The notes: generated by a model from the sequence alone, not told the origin. 64,000 bases of DNA from an uncultured virus (IMG/VR IMGVR_UViG_3300042298_001940) (IMGVR_UViG_3300042298_001940), one strand, 5' to 3'; counted from the first letter of the stretch, positions 47,279 to 56,065 are shown. A program made the numbers and translations.

Positions 47279-47722
47279 ATGGAACTACGGGTTGTCTTTT
47301 ACAAACCGTCTAATCTTGCCTTTATCGGCGCTAATCAAGTAATAAATACTTTTATCAAACGAGGTCATTGCGGGCTTCTTCTCATTGGAAAACATGTGAC
47401 AAAGTCCGTTCATTTCTTTGATGATGGAACTTTTATCTGCGACTACGGAAAAGACCCGCTCAAGGTATATGAGGTAGATTCAATAACGATAGGAAAGACT
47501 CCATTTACCATGGATTATGTGCTTTCATATTGCCGTAGCTTGCAAAATCCAGGTCGAAGTCTCGCTATCTTTGAGCGATTGCTTTGGTTGATTACCTTTG
47601 GAAGGTACAGACCAAGACACAATTGCGTATACAATTCAAGTATGGTTGTCAACCATCTGTTTGGGTATCCTGTCTGTCATGGGACTCCGACTCAGCTGAA
47701 GAAGATTTATGATTCCCTATGA
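47279..47722 (+). CDS. putative permuted papain-like (His-before-Cys) peptidase-fold protein
   Basis: GHCGL near the N-terminus and HNCV near the C-terminus. Confidence 0.4.
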   Translation: MELRVVFYKPSNLAFIGANQVINTFIKRGHCGLLLIGKHVTKSVHFFDDGTFICDYGKDPLKVYEVDSITIGKTPFTMDYVLSYCRSLQNPGRSLAIFERLLWLITFGRYRPRHNCVYNSSMVVNHLFGYPVCHGTPTQLKKIYDSL

Positions 47723-47770
47723 CCTTGCATGTAGCTATGCTACAACCACCAACATTTGATGGAGACAAAC

Positions 47771-50206
47771 ATGCTAGAAATGTGGAAACAATTGTCTAAG
47801 GAACAGCAGAACACCAGGTATTCTGTTCAAAAGACCAACGAAGAAGAGTTGCTAACAAACAGTATTGACAAGTATTGGAGAGAATACAATAGAGCACCTG
47901 ATGAAGGAAAGCCAGAACAACTATTGCTAGAGAGTGCAGTAGATCACCTTACTCCTTTCTACCAAGAATGGATTGACAAGGTATGTTCTGCCCGTAAGTC
48001 GCCTGATTGGTTGGCTCCTCTGTTGCTTATTGGTCCCAGCAAGATGGCAGACATAACCATCAGGAATGTCCTCAAGGCTTTTCTTTCTAGGACAACCTTG
48101 CAGAATTTTGATGACTCTGTTGGCATTCCTGAAAACGCACCCGTAGGTCAGCAAGTTGCCAAGGCTATTGCAGAGGATGTAATCAACATCATTGCCTACC
48201 AAAGTGCAAAGAAATCTTTCAAGGATGACTGGAAGCGTCAATCCAAGTTCATCAAGTCGTGGACTCCCAAGCGTTGTCTTGGGTTTACCAAGAAGATGAC
48301 TGGAATTCCCAAGTACAAATCAAAGGACAAGGAAGACTTTGGTCACAACATGCTTAGGATTGCCCTTGCCAGTGACATCCTCATAAAGAGAATTCACTGG
48401 AATGGTAGAAACAAGAAGACCATGTTGGTTTCCTTTGCTCCTTGGATTCTAAAGGAACTTTCCCATAGGCATGAGATGCTGGAAGCAGCTTGCATGGTCT
48501 ACCGACCCATGATCTGTCCTCCTGTGGAAAACACAAAGAATGAGAATGGTGGTTTCCTGTCGCCCTGGATCAGAAAGAAAATGATCAAGCGGTACCATCC
48601 AGTGGGTGCAAACCCAAAGGATTGGGACTCCAAGCCATCCGAACTAGTTCTTCGTGGTCTCAATGCACTTGGCAACACCGAGTGGTCTGTGAATGAAAAG
48701 GTCTACTCTGTAATGAAGACCATGTTTGAAAACGACTACAGAATTGCCAATGTCCCAGCAAGTTCCTTCAGGGATTTTTCCTTTAACATTCCCTATCCAG
48801 AACATGGGACCAAGGAACAAAAAGCAATCTGGATGAGAGAATCTAATGAAGCATGGGGAGAGTGGTACAAGGAAGAGCAATCCCGTAGTCGCATGATTGT
48901 CCGTCTTGAGCTGTGCAAAAAGATGATTAGCTGGGGATTCTTTTACATGCCATACACCCTTGACTTTAGGGGACGAGCTTATTCCGTTTGCGAGTTGCTG
49001 TCTCCCCAGGGTGTTGACTTTGATCGCGGCCTTGTTCAGTTTGCCATGCCAAGAAAGCAAACAACCTCTGGTTTGTGGTGGATGATGGTTCACCTTGCAA
49101 ACCTGTTTGATCAGGACAAAAAACCATATACTGAACGGGTCAAGTGGATAGACGACAACTGGGAAATGATCACCAGAATTGCCGAAGACCCCTTGTCTAA
49201 CCGAGAGTGGGTGGATCTGTCCAAGAAAAAGAACAAGTCTTTCCAAAGACTTGCAGCTATCTTTGACATCACTCGCACAGACGGCATGACCCAGGTTCCT
49301 GTCCAGATGGATGGAGCCAATAATGGCGGACAGCATTGGGCTGCTATCCTTAGAAACAGAAAACTAGCTGAGCTTACAAACCTGTTGAGTGCAGAAGAAC
49401 CCAAGGATTTGTACAAGTATGTAGCAGATGCTTCCACAGAACACATGAAAAACCATACCGATAACGAATGGTTTTCTACTTTCTTGACGCACTGGCCTGA
49501 TGGCTTGCCTCGTTCGGTGACCAAGCGGCCTACTATGTGCGATGCATATGGCCTGACATTTTATGGAATGCAGAAGTATGTAAACCAGGAAGGACATGTG
49601 GATTGGGTTCCCAAAGATCAGCGCAATGGTGCGGTCGTACAGCTAAGCCGCGCCATTCAGGCTGGTCTTGGTGAAACAATGGCTTCGCCAAACACGGGCA
49701 AAGAGTGGCTAAGAACAGTGGCAAGTGTTGTTAATGATATGAACAAACCATTGGTGTGGACAACACCAAGTGGGTTTGAGGTTCATCATGTATACAACCA
49801 AGTAGTAGAGCGAGTAAGTTATGCCGAGTTGTTCAACAAACAACAATTGGTTTTCTCCACTATTACCGAGGATCTAGATGGGACGGCGCAGTACCTTGCT
49901 ATTTCGCCTAACTTCATCCATGCCTTGGATGCTGCTCACATGTTTATGACAATCGGCAAGATGCTAAACAAGGGGATGACTGGGTATTCCTTTGTACATG
50001 ACTCTTATGGAACATATGCTCCAGATATCGACACAATGCATACGATCCTAAGAGAAGAGTTTGTTGAAATTCACAAAGAGAATCAACTTGAAAAGTTTAA
50101 AAAAGAAACAGAAGAAAGATACGGTATCTTCCTCCCTGAGTGTCCAGCCAGGGAAGACGGGTTCAAGATCGAAGAAGTCCTTAACAGCAGATTCTTCTTC
50201 GCTTAA
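47771..50206 (+). CDS. T7-type single-subunit DNA-directed RNA polymerase
   Basis: PMICPP, LDFRGRAY, DGANNGGQH (A), RSVTKRPTMCDAYG (B), WTTPSGF, SPNFIHALDA, VHDSYG (C). Confidence 0.97.
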   Translation: MLEMWKQLSKEQQNTRYSVQKTNEEELLTNSIDKYWREYNRAPDEGKPEQLLLESAVDHLTPFYQEWIDKVCSARKSPDWLAPLLLIGPSKMADITIRNVLKAFLSRTTLQNFDDSVGIPENAPVGQQVAKAIAEDVINIIAYQSAKKSFKDDWKRQSKFIKSWTPKRCLGFTKKMTGIPKYKSKDKEDFGHNMLRIALASDILIKRIHWNGRNKKTMLVSFAPWILKELSHRHEMLEAACMVYRPMICPPVENTKNENGGFLSPWIRKKMIKRYHPVGANPKDWDSKPSELVLRGLNALGNTEWSVNEKVYSVMKTMFENDYRIANVPASSFRDFSFNIPYPEHGTKEQKAIWMRESNEAWGEWYKEEQSRSRMIVRLELCKKMISWGFFYMPYTLDFRGRAYSVCELLSPQGVDFDRGLVQFAMPRKQTTSGLWWMMVHLANLFDQDKKPYTERVKWIDDNWEMITRIAEDPLSNREWVDLSKKKNKSFQRLAAIFDITRTDGMTQVPVQMDGANNGGQHWAAILRNRKLAELTNLLSAEEPKDLYKYVADASTEHMKNHTDNEWFSTFLTHWPDGLPRSVTKRPTMCDAYGLTFYGMQKYVNQEGHVDWVPKDQRNGAVVQLSRAIQAGLGETMASPNTGKEWLRTVASVVNDMNKPLVWTTPSGFEVHHVYNQVVERVSYAELFNKQQLVFSTITEDLDGTAQYLAISPNFIHALDAAHMFMTIGKMLNKGMTGYSFVHDSYGTYAPDIDTMHTILREEFVEIHKENQLEKFKKETEERYGIFLPECPAREDGFKIEEVLNSRFFFA

Positions 50207-50477
50207 GAATGTTACCTATCCTGACAAGATACCTCGTCTTGTCGTAGTGGAGTGGGTAGACGCAATGACAATAGGTGGTTCTGGATGGCTTGACAAGGAC
50301 GAAGCAAAATCCAATGCCAAGGAACCACTGCCAATGATGCTGACCGTAGGGTATGTGCTGCATGAAGACAAGGAGCAGATATCCTTGACAAGCACCATAG
50401 GACCAGGAGAAACAGCTCAGGTAAACAAGATTCCAAAGAAAATGATCGAAAGAATAAGGGAGATTGGGAATGGCTGA
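50202..50477 (+). CDS. conserved small phage protein (start codon unclear)
   Basis: VVVEWVDA...GW...TVGY...IP..MI pattern. Confidence 0.55.
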   Translation, partial: LKNVTYPDKIPRLVVVEWVDAMTIGGSGWLDKDEAKSNAKEPLPMMLTVGYVLHEDKEQISLTSTIGPGETAQVNKIPKKMIERIREIGNG

Positions 50478-50598
50478 GCAAAAGAATGTCCGAAGAAAGG
50501 ACTATAAGGAGTTCAATATTGAAAAGTACAAACGAGAACAAGACAGAAAACGCAGAGAAAAACAACGTAGACAAGCCCGTAGATCGGCATTTCAATAA
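50470..50598 (+). CDS. small Arg/Lys-rich protein (42 aa)
   Basis: GGAG RBS; MAEQKNVRRKDYKEFNIEKYKREQDRKRREKQRRQARRSAFQ*. Confidence 0.45.
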   Translation: MAEQKNVRRKDYKEFNIEKYKREQDRKRREKQRRQARRSAFQ

Positions 50599-50714
50599 GT
50601 ACCAGCAAATGCATCTGGATGGTCTTATTGACGTATACTCACCAATTTCACAAGAACAGGGAGAACCACTTCCTTCGCTGAGTGTTCAGTGGAAGGAAGA
50701 TGCAAGGAGACGCT

Positions 50715-51380
50715 ATGGCAAGAGTATTGGTAATCGGTGATCTTCATTGTCCTGCGGATCATAAGGACTATCTGCACCATTGCCTGAGGATGCAGAAGAA
50801 ATACAGGACAGATCATACTGTTTTCATCGGAGACATCGCAGACAACGAAGCAATTAGCAACTATGAAAAGAATCCAGAACTTCCGTCAGCACTGGAATTG
50901 TACAACCTTACAACCAAGGCCATCAGCAAGTGGCACAAAATCTTCAAGGGAGCTTCGGTTGTCATTGGAAACCACGACAAACGGGTCCACAACAAGGCAA
51001 TTAAAAATGGAATACCTTCGCTTTATCTACAATCCTATAAGGATCTTTACAATACTAGTAGTTGGAACTGGGATCATTCTTTCTGCATCGACAATGTTTT
51101 GTATGTCCATGGTGACGGTTGGTCTTCTGAGTATCCTGCATTCAATGCGGCAAAAGCCCACATGCAGTCGGTAGTCAGCGGTCACACCCATTCCAAGTTT
51201 AGCATCAACTGGGCACAGGGTCCCAACAACAACTCAATCTTTGGGATGAATGTTGGTAGTGGGGTAGACCTAAACAACCCTGTATTCAAATACTCACAGC
51301 CACACCTCAAGAAAGCCATCCTTGGATGTGGTATTGTAATTGATGGCAAGTATCCTTATTTGGAGAAAATGTATGTCTGA
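50715..51380 (+). CDS. calcineurin-like metallophosphoesterase
   Basis: GDLH, GDIAD, GNHD, HG and GHTH motifs. Confidence 0.92.
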   Translation: MARVLVIGDLHCPADHKDYLHHCLRMQKKYRTDHTVFIGDIADNEAISNYEKNPELPSALELYNLTTKAISKWHKIFKGASVVIGNHDKRVHNKAIKNGIPSLYLQSYKDLYNTSSWNWDHSFCIDNVLYVHGDGWSSEYPAFNAAKAHMQSVVSGHTHSKFSINWAQGPNNNSIFGMNVGSGVDLNNPVFKYSQPHLKKAILGCGIVIDGKYPYLEKMYV

Positions 51381-51543
51381 GCAACCCCAGGTTCCCGCAG
51401 TTCCAGTAGAGGCCGTAGTACTCTACCTGACGGACATGGCTAAGATGGTTGAATCTATCCATGCAAATCTAATCAACAACATCAACACGCTTCGGCCTAA
51501 GGTCGAGGGAGAAATCGTAAATGCCAGCAGCACCGAAGAGTAA
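51373..51543 (+). CDS. hypothetical protein
   Basis: GGAG RBS, ATG 51373. Confidence 0.55.
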   Translation: MSEQPQVPAVPVEAVVLYLTDMAKMVESIHANLINNINTLRPKVEGEIVNASSTEE

Positions 51544-51991
51544 TTATGGTAAGTCCTTTGTGACGGGAAATGTCACGGTCAAGTGGTCACATCTTATGTC
51601 GCCAGACGACAAGTATGGCAACCCAAACCACTCGGTCACTGTAGAGGTTACGCCAGAACTCAAGAAGCAGATCGACTCTGCCGTCAAGTCTCTTGGTGGC
51701 AAAAAGATCAATGGCTTCAAGGAGCAGGATGGACTTAAGACCATCAAGTTTAAGAATACCTTGATTGCCAAGAGCGGTGAAAAGACATTCCCCGTTACTG
51801 GTCCTGATGCCAAGCCAACCACAACCGTTCCTTTTGGTACTGATGTGGTTCGCGTCAAGGTAACCCCAGGTCTTATTGCCCGTGATAACTCGGTGTCCTT
51901 CTATCTTGAAGGCATTCAGCTTATCGAACGGAACTATGTAGGCAATGATTCGGACTTCAAGCCAGTTGAAGACACCGAGTCACCGTTCTAA
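51521..51991 (+). CDS. single-stranded DNA-binding protein (T7 gp2.5-like)
   Basis: W.HL..PD.KY, SFYL.GIQLI, acidic tail ending in F. Confidence 0.85.
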   Translation: MPAAPKSNYGKSFVTGNVTVKWSHLMSPDDKYGNPNHSVTVEVTPELKKQIDSAVKSLGGKKINGFKEQDGLKTIKFKNTLIAKSGEKTFPVTGPDAKPTTTVPFGTDVVRVKVTPGLIARDNSVSFYLEGIQLIERNYVGNDSDFKPVEDTESPF

Positions 51992-52002
51992 GTAGGTGAC
52001 GG

Positions 52003-52383
52003 ATGATGGAGTACAGGTTTCCAATAAATCCCATAGCTGCATCACGACCAAGAGTCAGCAGATATGGCGCGTATTTTACTGGACCCTATAAGAAGTTCCG
52101 TTCCGAGGCATCCTTGATAATTAACAGGGTACTCGGACGGAACTTCACTCCATTGTCTGGAAAGCTTGCAGTAGACATCGAGTGTCATGTAACAAGACCT
52201 AAGACAACAAAGCTAGAATATCCAAGGGCTGATGTGGACAACTACAGCAAGTCCATTCTAGACTGTCTTAATGGTAAGTTGTGGGATGACGATTCACAGA
52301 TCGTCGCTTTGTTCATTTCAAAGAAGTGGGCAAAGGAAGGTGAAAGTGGATACTTCACCGTATCTGTAGAAAAGATCAAGTAA
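52003..52383 (+). CDS. rusA: RusA-family Holliday junction resolvase
   Basis: P....RPR, DVDNY.K.ILD.LNG..W.DDSQIV. Confidence 0.92.
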   Translation: MMEYRFPINPIAASRPRVSRYGAYFTGPYKKFRSEASLIINRVLGRNFTPLSGKLAVDIECHVTRPKTTKLEYPRADVDNYSKSILDCLNGKLWDDDSQIVALFISKKWAKEGESGYFTVSVEKIK

Positions 52384-52754
52384 TGAACATCGAAAAGTAC
52401 AGCAAACTAGCCTGGACTGAGCTCAACAAGGTTGGTCTTCTTAGGAACTACAACCATGTGTCTGTCATACTGAGAAACAACGATGTTGTTTCCCTTGGTA
52501 TCAATAGACGAAAGACACATCCTCTTGCCATGAAATATGGCTATAGGAATCAAGAACTCCACAGTGAGTTGGATGCCTTGATAAAGATTCCAAGGATTCA
52601 CAGAAACAATCTTGTTCTGCTCAACTTTAGGTTTGGTACACAGGGAGAGTTAAAGATGTCAAGACCATGCAGCCTATGCTTGCCTTGGTGCATTGCAACA
52701 TTTGATGAGATATATTACTCTGTCCCTGATGGACTTGTCCAGATGGTGCTATAG
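52383..52754 (+). CDS. Zn-dependent cytidine/dCMP deaminase-fold protein
   Basis: HSE (HxE) and SRPCSLC (PCxxC). Confidence 0.8.
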   Translation: MNIEKYSKLAWTELNKVGLLRNYNHVSVILRNNDVVSLGINRRKTHPLAMKYGYRNQELHSELDALIKIPRIHRNNLVLLNFRFGTQGELKMSRPCSLCLPWCIATFDEIYYSVPDGLVQMVL

Positions 52755-52763
52755 GGTTAGTGT

Positions 52764-52835
52764 GGAGGGTTGCCTGAGCGGTCAAGGAGTCGGCATATAA
52801 CCGACCACAGACAGGTTCGACTCCTGTACCCTCTA
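52764..52835 (+). tRNA. tRNA with TAT anticodon (Ile, reads ATA); atypical A33
   Basis: acceptor GGAGGGT/ACCCTCT; anticodon arm GTCGG-CATATAA-CCGAC; T-loop TTCGACT. Confidence 0.7.
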
Positions 52836-52840
52836 TTGTT

Positions 52841-52924
52841 GGATCTGTGGCTGGAATTGGCAGACGCAGCGGACTCAAAATCTGCTTCCTATACGGAGTG
52901 TGGGTTCGACTCCCACCAGATCCA
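52841..52924 (+). tRNA. tRNA-Leu(CAA)
   Basis: acceptor GGATCTG/CAGATCC; loop CTCAAAA; long variable arm. Confidence 0.92.
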
Positions 52925-53041
52925 TTCTCTAGTATGCTGAGCCTAAATGCATAAAGAACTCTAGAGTCCAAACCCGAGGGGCAACGACTTACAGTTCACA
53001 GGAGGGGTTGCGTTTAATCCTTAGAAGAACGCACATGGTTA

Positions 53042-53108
53042 ACGATCTTCGTCTAATGGTAAGGCGGCATCGACGGATGTAATGTAGGTTCGATTCCCAC
53101 AGATCGTG
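53042..53108 (+). ncRNA. tRNA-like element with a 4-nt anticodon loop (no standard anticodon)
   Basis: acceptor ACGATCT/AGATCGT, D-arm GTCT-AATGGTA-AGGC, arm GCATC-GACG-GATGT, T-loop TTCGATT. Confidence 0.7.
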
Positions 53109-53113
53109 TTGTT

Positions 53114-53187
53114 ATTCCTGTAGCTCAAGTGGATAGAGCAACAGCCTTCTAAGCTGTGGGTTACAGGTTCAAGTCCTGTCAGGAATG
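53114..53187 (+). tRNA. tRNA-Arg(TCT)
   Basis: acceptor ATTCCTG/CAGGAAT; ACAGC-CTTCTAA-GCTGT. Confidence 0.92.
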
Positions 53188-53203
53188 TTAAAGGAGGATA
53201 CAC

Positions 53204-53434
53204 ATGCCAACCTATGAAGAAGACAAAGCAAGTTTGCAAGCAACTATCAATATACTTAATGATGAGTATGCACTACTTGAGCGAGAGTTGCTTGACACAA
53301 GAAAGAAACTGGCTCAAGCCCGTAGAGAGATTTGCCAAAGAACGGCAGGATATTCACAATATCCACACGGTGCTCATGTAGAAGCAAAGATGCGTGGATG
53401 GGATTGCTGGGAGGAACGTTATGACGACAACTGA
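53204..53434 (+). CDS. hypothetical coiled-coil protein (ARREIC/GWDC family)
   Basis: AAGGAGG RBS; motif shared with 45038 and 55179. Confidence 0.7.
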   Translation: MPTYEEDKASLQATINILNDEYALLERELLDTRKKLAQARREICQRTAGYSQYPHGAHVEAKMRGWDCWEERYDDN

Positions 53435-53645
53435 AGAAATGCTAAATGCAATAGACAATGCCCGTAACTTTATGTATAGGTTGCTTGATCCCAAGCAGAC
53501 ACCTAGGGTTCCAAAGTCTGTAAGAAAAGACGCAAGAAACAGACTCAAGCATTTTCCACACAAATCTGATGTCCAGACAATCAAGGAATCCCTTGAGTTT
53601 GAAGATAAGGTTAGAAATATGTGGCCATTTAGAAACGGAGAATAG
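53421..53645 (+). CDS. conserved small phage protein
   Basis: LLDPK.TPRVPK.VR..A...LKHFP. Confidence 0.7.
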   Translation: MTTTEEMLNAIDNARNFMYRLLDPKQTPRVPKSVRKDARNRLKHFPHKSDVQTIKESLEFEDKVRNMWPFRNGE

Positions 53646-53840
53646 ATGACTACTAAATTGTATATCGATCCACCATCTGGTTGGAAGTATGGATTTCCTA
53701 AGCCAGCACCAGACAACCTTACAAAAATGAACCAAGCCCAGCTCAATCAATGGTTTATTGAAAACGGATACCCAGAAATTGAACTTAATAGTTTCAAGTA
53801 TGGAATGCCTTTTAGGGTAATCGAAGGAGACTATGAATGA
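53646..53840 (+). CDS. conserved small phage protein
   Basis: IDPPSGWKYGFPK...W.IENGYP. Confidence 0.7.
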   Translation: MTTKLYIDPPSGWKYGFPKPAPDNLTKMNQAQLNQWFIENGYPEIELNSFKYGMPFRVIEGDYE

Positions 53841-54085
53841 AGATGTTTGTTGTTCACTATAGAAAAGAATGGGAAGATAATTTCTTCCTCAACGAGTACG
53901 ACATTCTTTTTGCAAACGATGCCGATCAGGCAATGCAAATCTACAAGGAGTCCTATAGTAAAGACGAGTTTCTCGTGGCTGTCTATGAAGCTAAAATGGT
54001 GTGGAAAGATCCGTTGACAACTCTGACAGAACTAGATGAAGGGACTGATGGTTATGATGACGATTGTGAAAGGAAACAACTATGA
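53837..54085 (+). CDS. hypothetical protein
   Basis: AAGGAG RBS; ATGA coupling. Confidence 0.6.
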   Translation: MKMFVVHYRKEWEDNFFLNEYDILFANDADQAMQIYKESYSKDEFLVAVYEAKMVWKDPLTTLTELDEGTDGYDDDCERKQL

Positions 54086-54318
54086 GTGATGGCAAACCGC
54101 ACCGTGTAGTTGTAGAGAAGTTTGGCAAGCGAAGACTTTGCAGGGTTACTGCATACGGCGAACCCCAATTAAGTTACACATCAGAGCAAATCTTGTGGGT
54201 TGAGCGTGGAGAAGATGAATATGCCATACCTCACTACAAGCCACCGTTCTGTGTCCTGTACCGAGAAGACTGGCTTATGGGTCAGGATCAACTGCAATCA
54301 AGCAAGGAGAACAAGTGA
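54082..54318 (+). CDS. hypothetical protein
   Basis: ATGA coupling. Confidence 0.55.
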   Translation: MSDGKPHRVVVEKFGKRRLCRVTAYGEPQLSYTSEQILWVERGEDEYAIPHYKPPFCVLYREDWLMGQDQLQSSKENK

Positions 54319-54578
54319 AAGACAACCACAGCAATAGCGATTATGTCGAGACGGACACAAAAAAAAGGTGGGAGCAAGGCATCCCCCATCACCCAGAGTC
54401 TGAGAAGATTTTTGCCTTCCTCCGAAAGGCAGACGAGAAGTACGACTTCTTCGACTGGAAAGCGGGAGGTGACGGGGACAATGGAGAGGAGCTGATGTAT
54501 GCCCTTGATGTCTATTTTGACCTCAAGGATCGTGAAAACAAGGAGAGCAAGCGCCGTGCAAAGGAGGTGCAGCGATGA
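54315..54578 (+). CDS. hypothetical protein
   Basis: AAGGAG RBS; FDWKAGGDGDNGE.LMY.LD motif. Confidence 0.65.
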   Translation: MKDNHSNSDYVETDTKKRWEQGIPHHPESEKIFAFLRKADEKYDFFDWKAGGDGDNGEELMYALDVYFDLKDRENKESKRRAKEVQR

Positions 54579-54706
54579 GCGACTACTGGGAACTGGATCT
54601 AGACCGCCTTGTGGGGTGCGGGCTTCCGCTATTGGCGGTCGCGCTCCTCGCCATCGGCGCAGCCGTGGGGCTGCTGATCGCGTACCTGATCTGGGGTGTC
54701 GCATGA
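54575..54706 (+). CDS. small membrane protein (43 aa), GC-rich cassette
   Basis: AAGGAGG RBS; MSDYWELDLDRLVGCGLPLLAVALLAIGAAVGLLIAYLIWGVA*. Confidence 0.6.
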   Translation: MSDYWELDLDRLVGCGLPLLAVALLAIGAAVGLLIAYLIWGVA

Positions 54707-55182
54707 GCGACAACACAGACATCGTGCAGCGGCTTCGAGGACAGAGCGTCGGGGACTACTCCGTTTTGCTGTGGGAAGCCGCAGACGAAATTGAGCGCCT
54801 CCGCGCCAACCTCCCGCAGTTGTGGAGAACCAAGACAACCAACGCCAAGCTCCGCGCCGAACTCGCGCAGCGCACCGCCGAGCGCGACGCTCTCGCAGCC
54901 GAACTCGCCGCGCTCAAGGCCCACGACCCGCTCGCGGAGATGTGGCGGGAACTTGCGGAGTACCAGACGCAAGCCGACGCGGACGGACACGGGGAGTCGT
55001 GGCGCATCATGTGCAGCGAGCGGACGACACCAGCGGCGTGGGAGGCATGGGGTGATGCGGTACGGGTTTTAGCGCGCCACGAAGCGCGGGTTGCGGCTAG
55101 GTCTGCTGGCGATGCCGCGTCGTTACATTCGGCGTTTGACGCGGTCACCGCGATCCGTAAGGCGAAGGAGGCGAAGCGATGA
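54703..55182 (+). CDS. hypothetical coiled-coil protein, GC-rich cassette
   Basis: DIVQRLR...EAADEIERLR; ATGA coupling. Confidence 0.65.
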   Translation: MSDNTDIVQRLRGQSVGDYSVLLWEAADEIERLRANLPQLWRTKTTNAKLRAELAQRTAERDALAAELAALKAHDPLAEMWRELAEYQTQADADGHGESWRIMCSERTTPAAWEAWGDAVRVLARHEARVAARSAGDAASLHSAFDAVTAIRKAKEAKR

Positions 55183-55592
55183 GCGACAACACTCTGACAA
55201 GAGAGAACCAGTTCTACGCGGAGATTGCCGCGCTCCGCACCGAACTCGCGACTGTAACTCAGGCGTTTAAAGCCAAGGCGGCGGAGCTCGCGCAGCGCAC
55301 CGCCGAGCGCGACGCTCTCGCAGCCGAGAACGCCGACCTCAAGGACCGAATTGCAACGGCGTTGTTCGACAAAGCGGCGGTCGAGCGCGGCGTCATGCGC
55401 CTCCGCGCCGACCTCGCGCAGCGCACCGCCGAGCGCGACGAGGCGCGGCGTGCTCTCTGCGTTTCCCAAGCCGTTGATTATTTGTGCGAAACGAATCCAG
55501 ACGAACCGATCTCGTACGACGAGACTCGCCGCATCGCAGCCGAGTTTGCCGCCGAGCGCGGCTGGGACTGCTTCAAGAAGGAAAACAAGTGA
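55179..55592 (+). CDS. hypothetical coiled-coil protein (ERDEARR/GWDCF family), GC-rich cassette
   Basis: AAGGAGG RBS; LAQRTAERD repeats. Confidence 0.65.
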   Translation: MSDNTLTRENQFYAEIAALRTELATVTQAFKAKAAELAQRTAERDALAAENADLKDRIATALFDKAAVERGVMRLRADLAQRTAERDEARRALCVSQAVDYLCETNPDEPISYDETRRIAAEFAAERGWDCFKKENK

Positions 55593-55795
55593 GCAACGAA
55601 GTTTGGTATCTGTTGTTTGATGGAACCAGTGTTGACGGTACAGGACCTGGAGAATACATAGGACGCACAACCGACTATGAAGAAGCACGCAAGCACTATA
55701 AAAAGTGCGAGCGCAATCCATACAGTGTTGGAAAAGTAATCATTGTAACAGACACAAGACACGACCGTGCTTGGAGTCAAGATTGGAAGCATTAA
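55589..55795 (+). CDS. hypothetical protein
   Basis: GTGA coupling. Confidence 0.55.
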   Translation: MSNEVWYLLFDGTSVDGTGPGEYIGRTTDYEEARKHYKKCERNPYSVGKVIIVTDTRHDRAWSQDWKH

Positions 55796-55797
55796 AC

Positions 55798-56058
55798 ATG
55801 GTAACAATTGAACATAACTTTGAAATTGAATTTGAAGGCGAGTTCTACTCTGGTATTCTTATCATCGACGCTGTTGTAGAGGAAGATCAGATGCTGTACG
55901 AGAACAATACAAGGTACATCCGTACCGCAAAGATCTTTGGTACTGAGTTGTTTGAGGTAACTCCAACACCAAGTGGACCAAAGACATTGAACAAACTAAT
56001 TGAAACAATTCTGATTGTTGATGAAGAAGAAATTGAATCCAGAATCCTACAGGAGTGA
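55798..56058 (+). CDS. hypothetical acidic protein
   Basis: ATG 55798 directly after the previous stop. Confidence 0.55.
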   Translation: MVTIEHNFEIEFEGEFYSGILIIDAVVEEDQMLYENNTRYIRTAKIFGTELFEVTPTPSGPKTLNKLIETILIVDEEEIESRILQE

Positions 56059-56065
56059 AGCGACG

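Noticed and set aside
54756..55721. Long minus-strand ORFs (e.g. 54756-55721, 20387-21181, 46492-47265, 48644-49336)
   Set aside because: Antisense shadows of well-supported + strand genes; no RBS or motifs.
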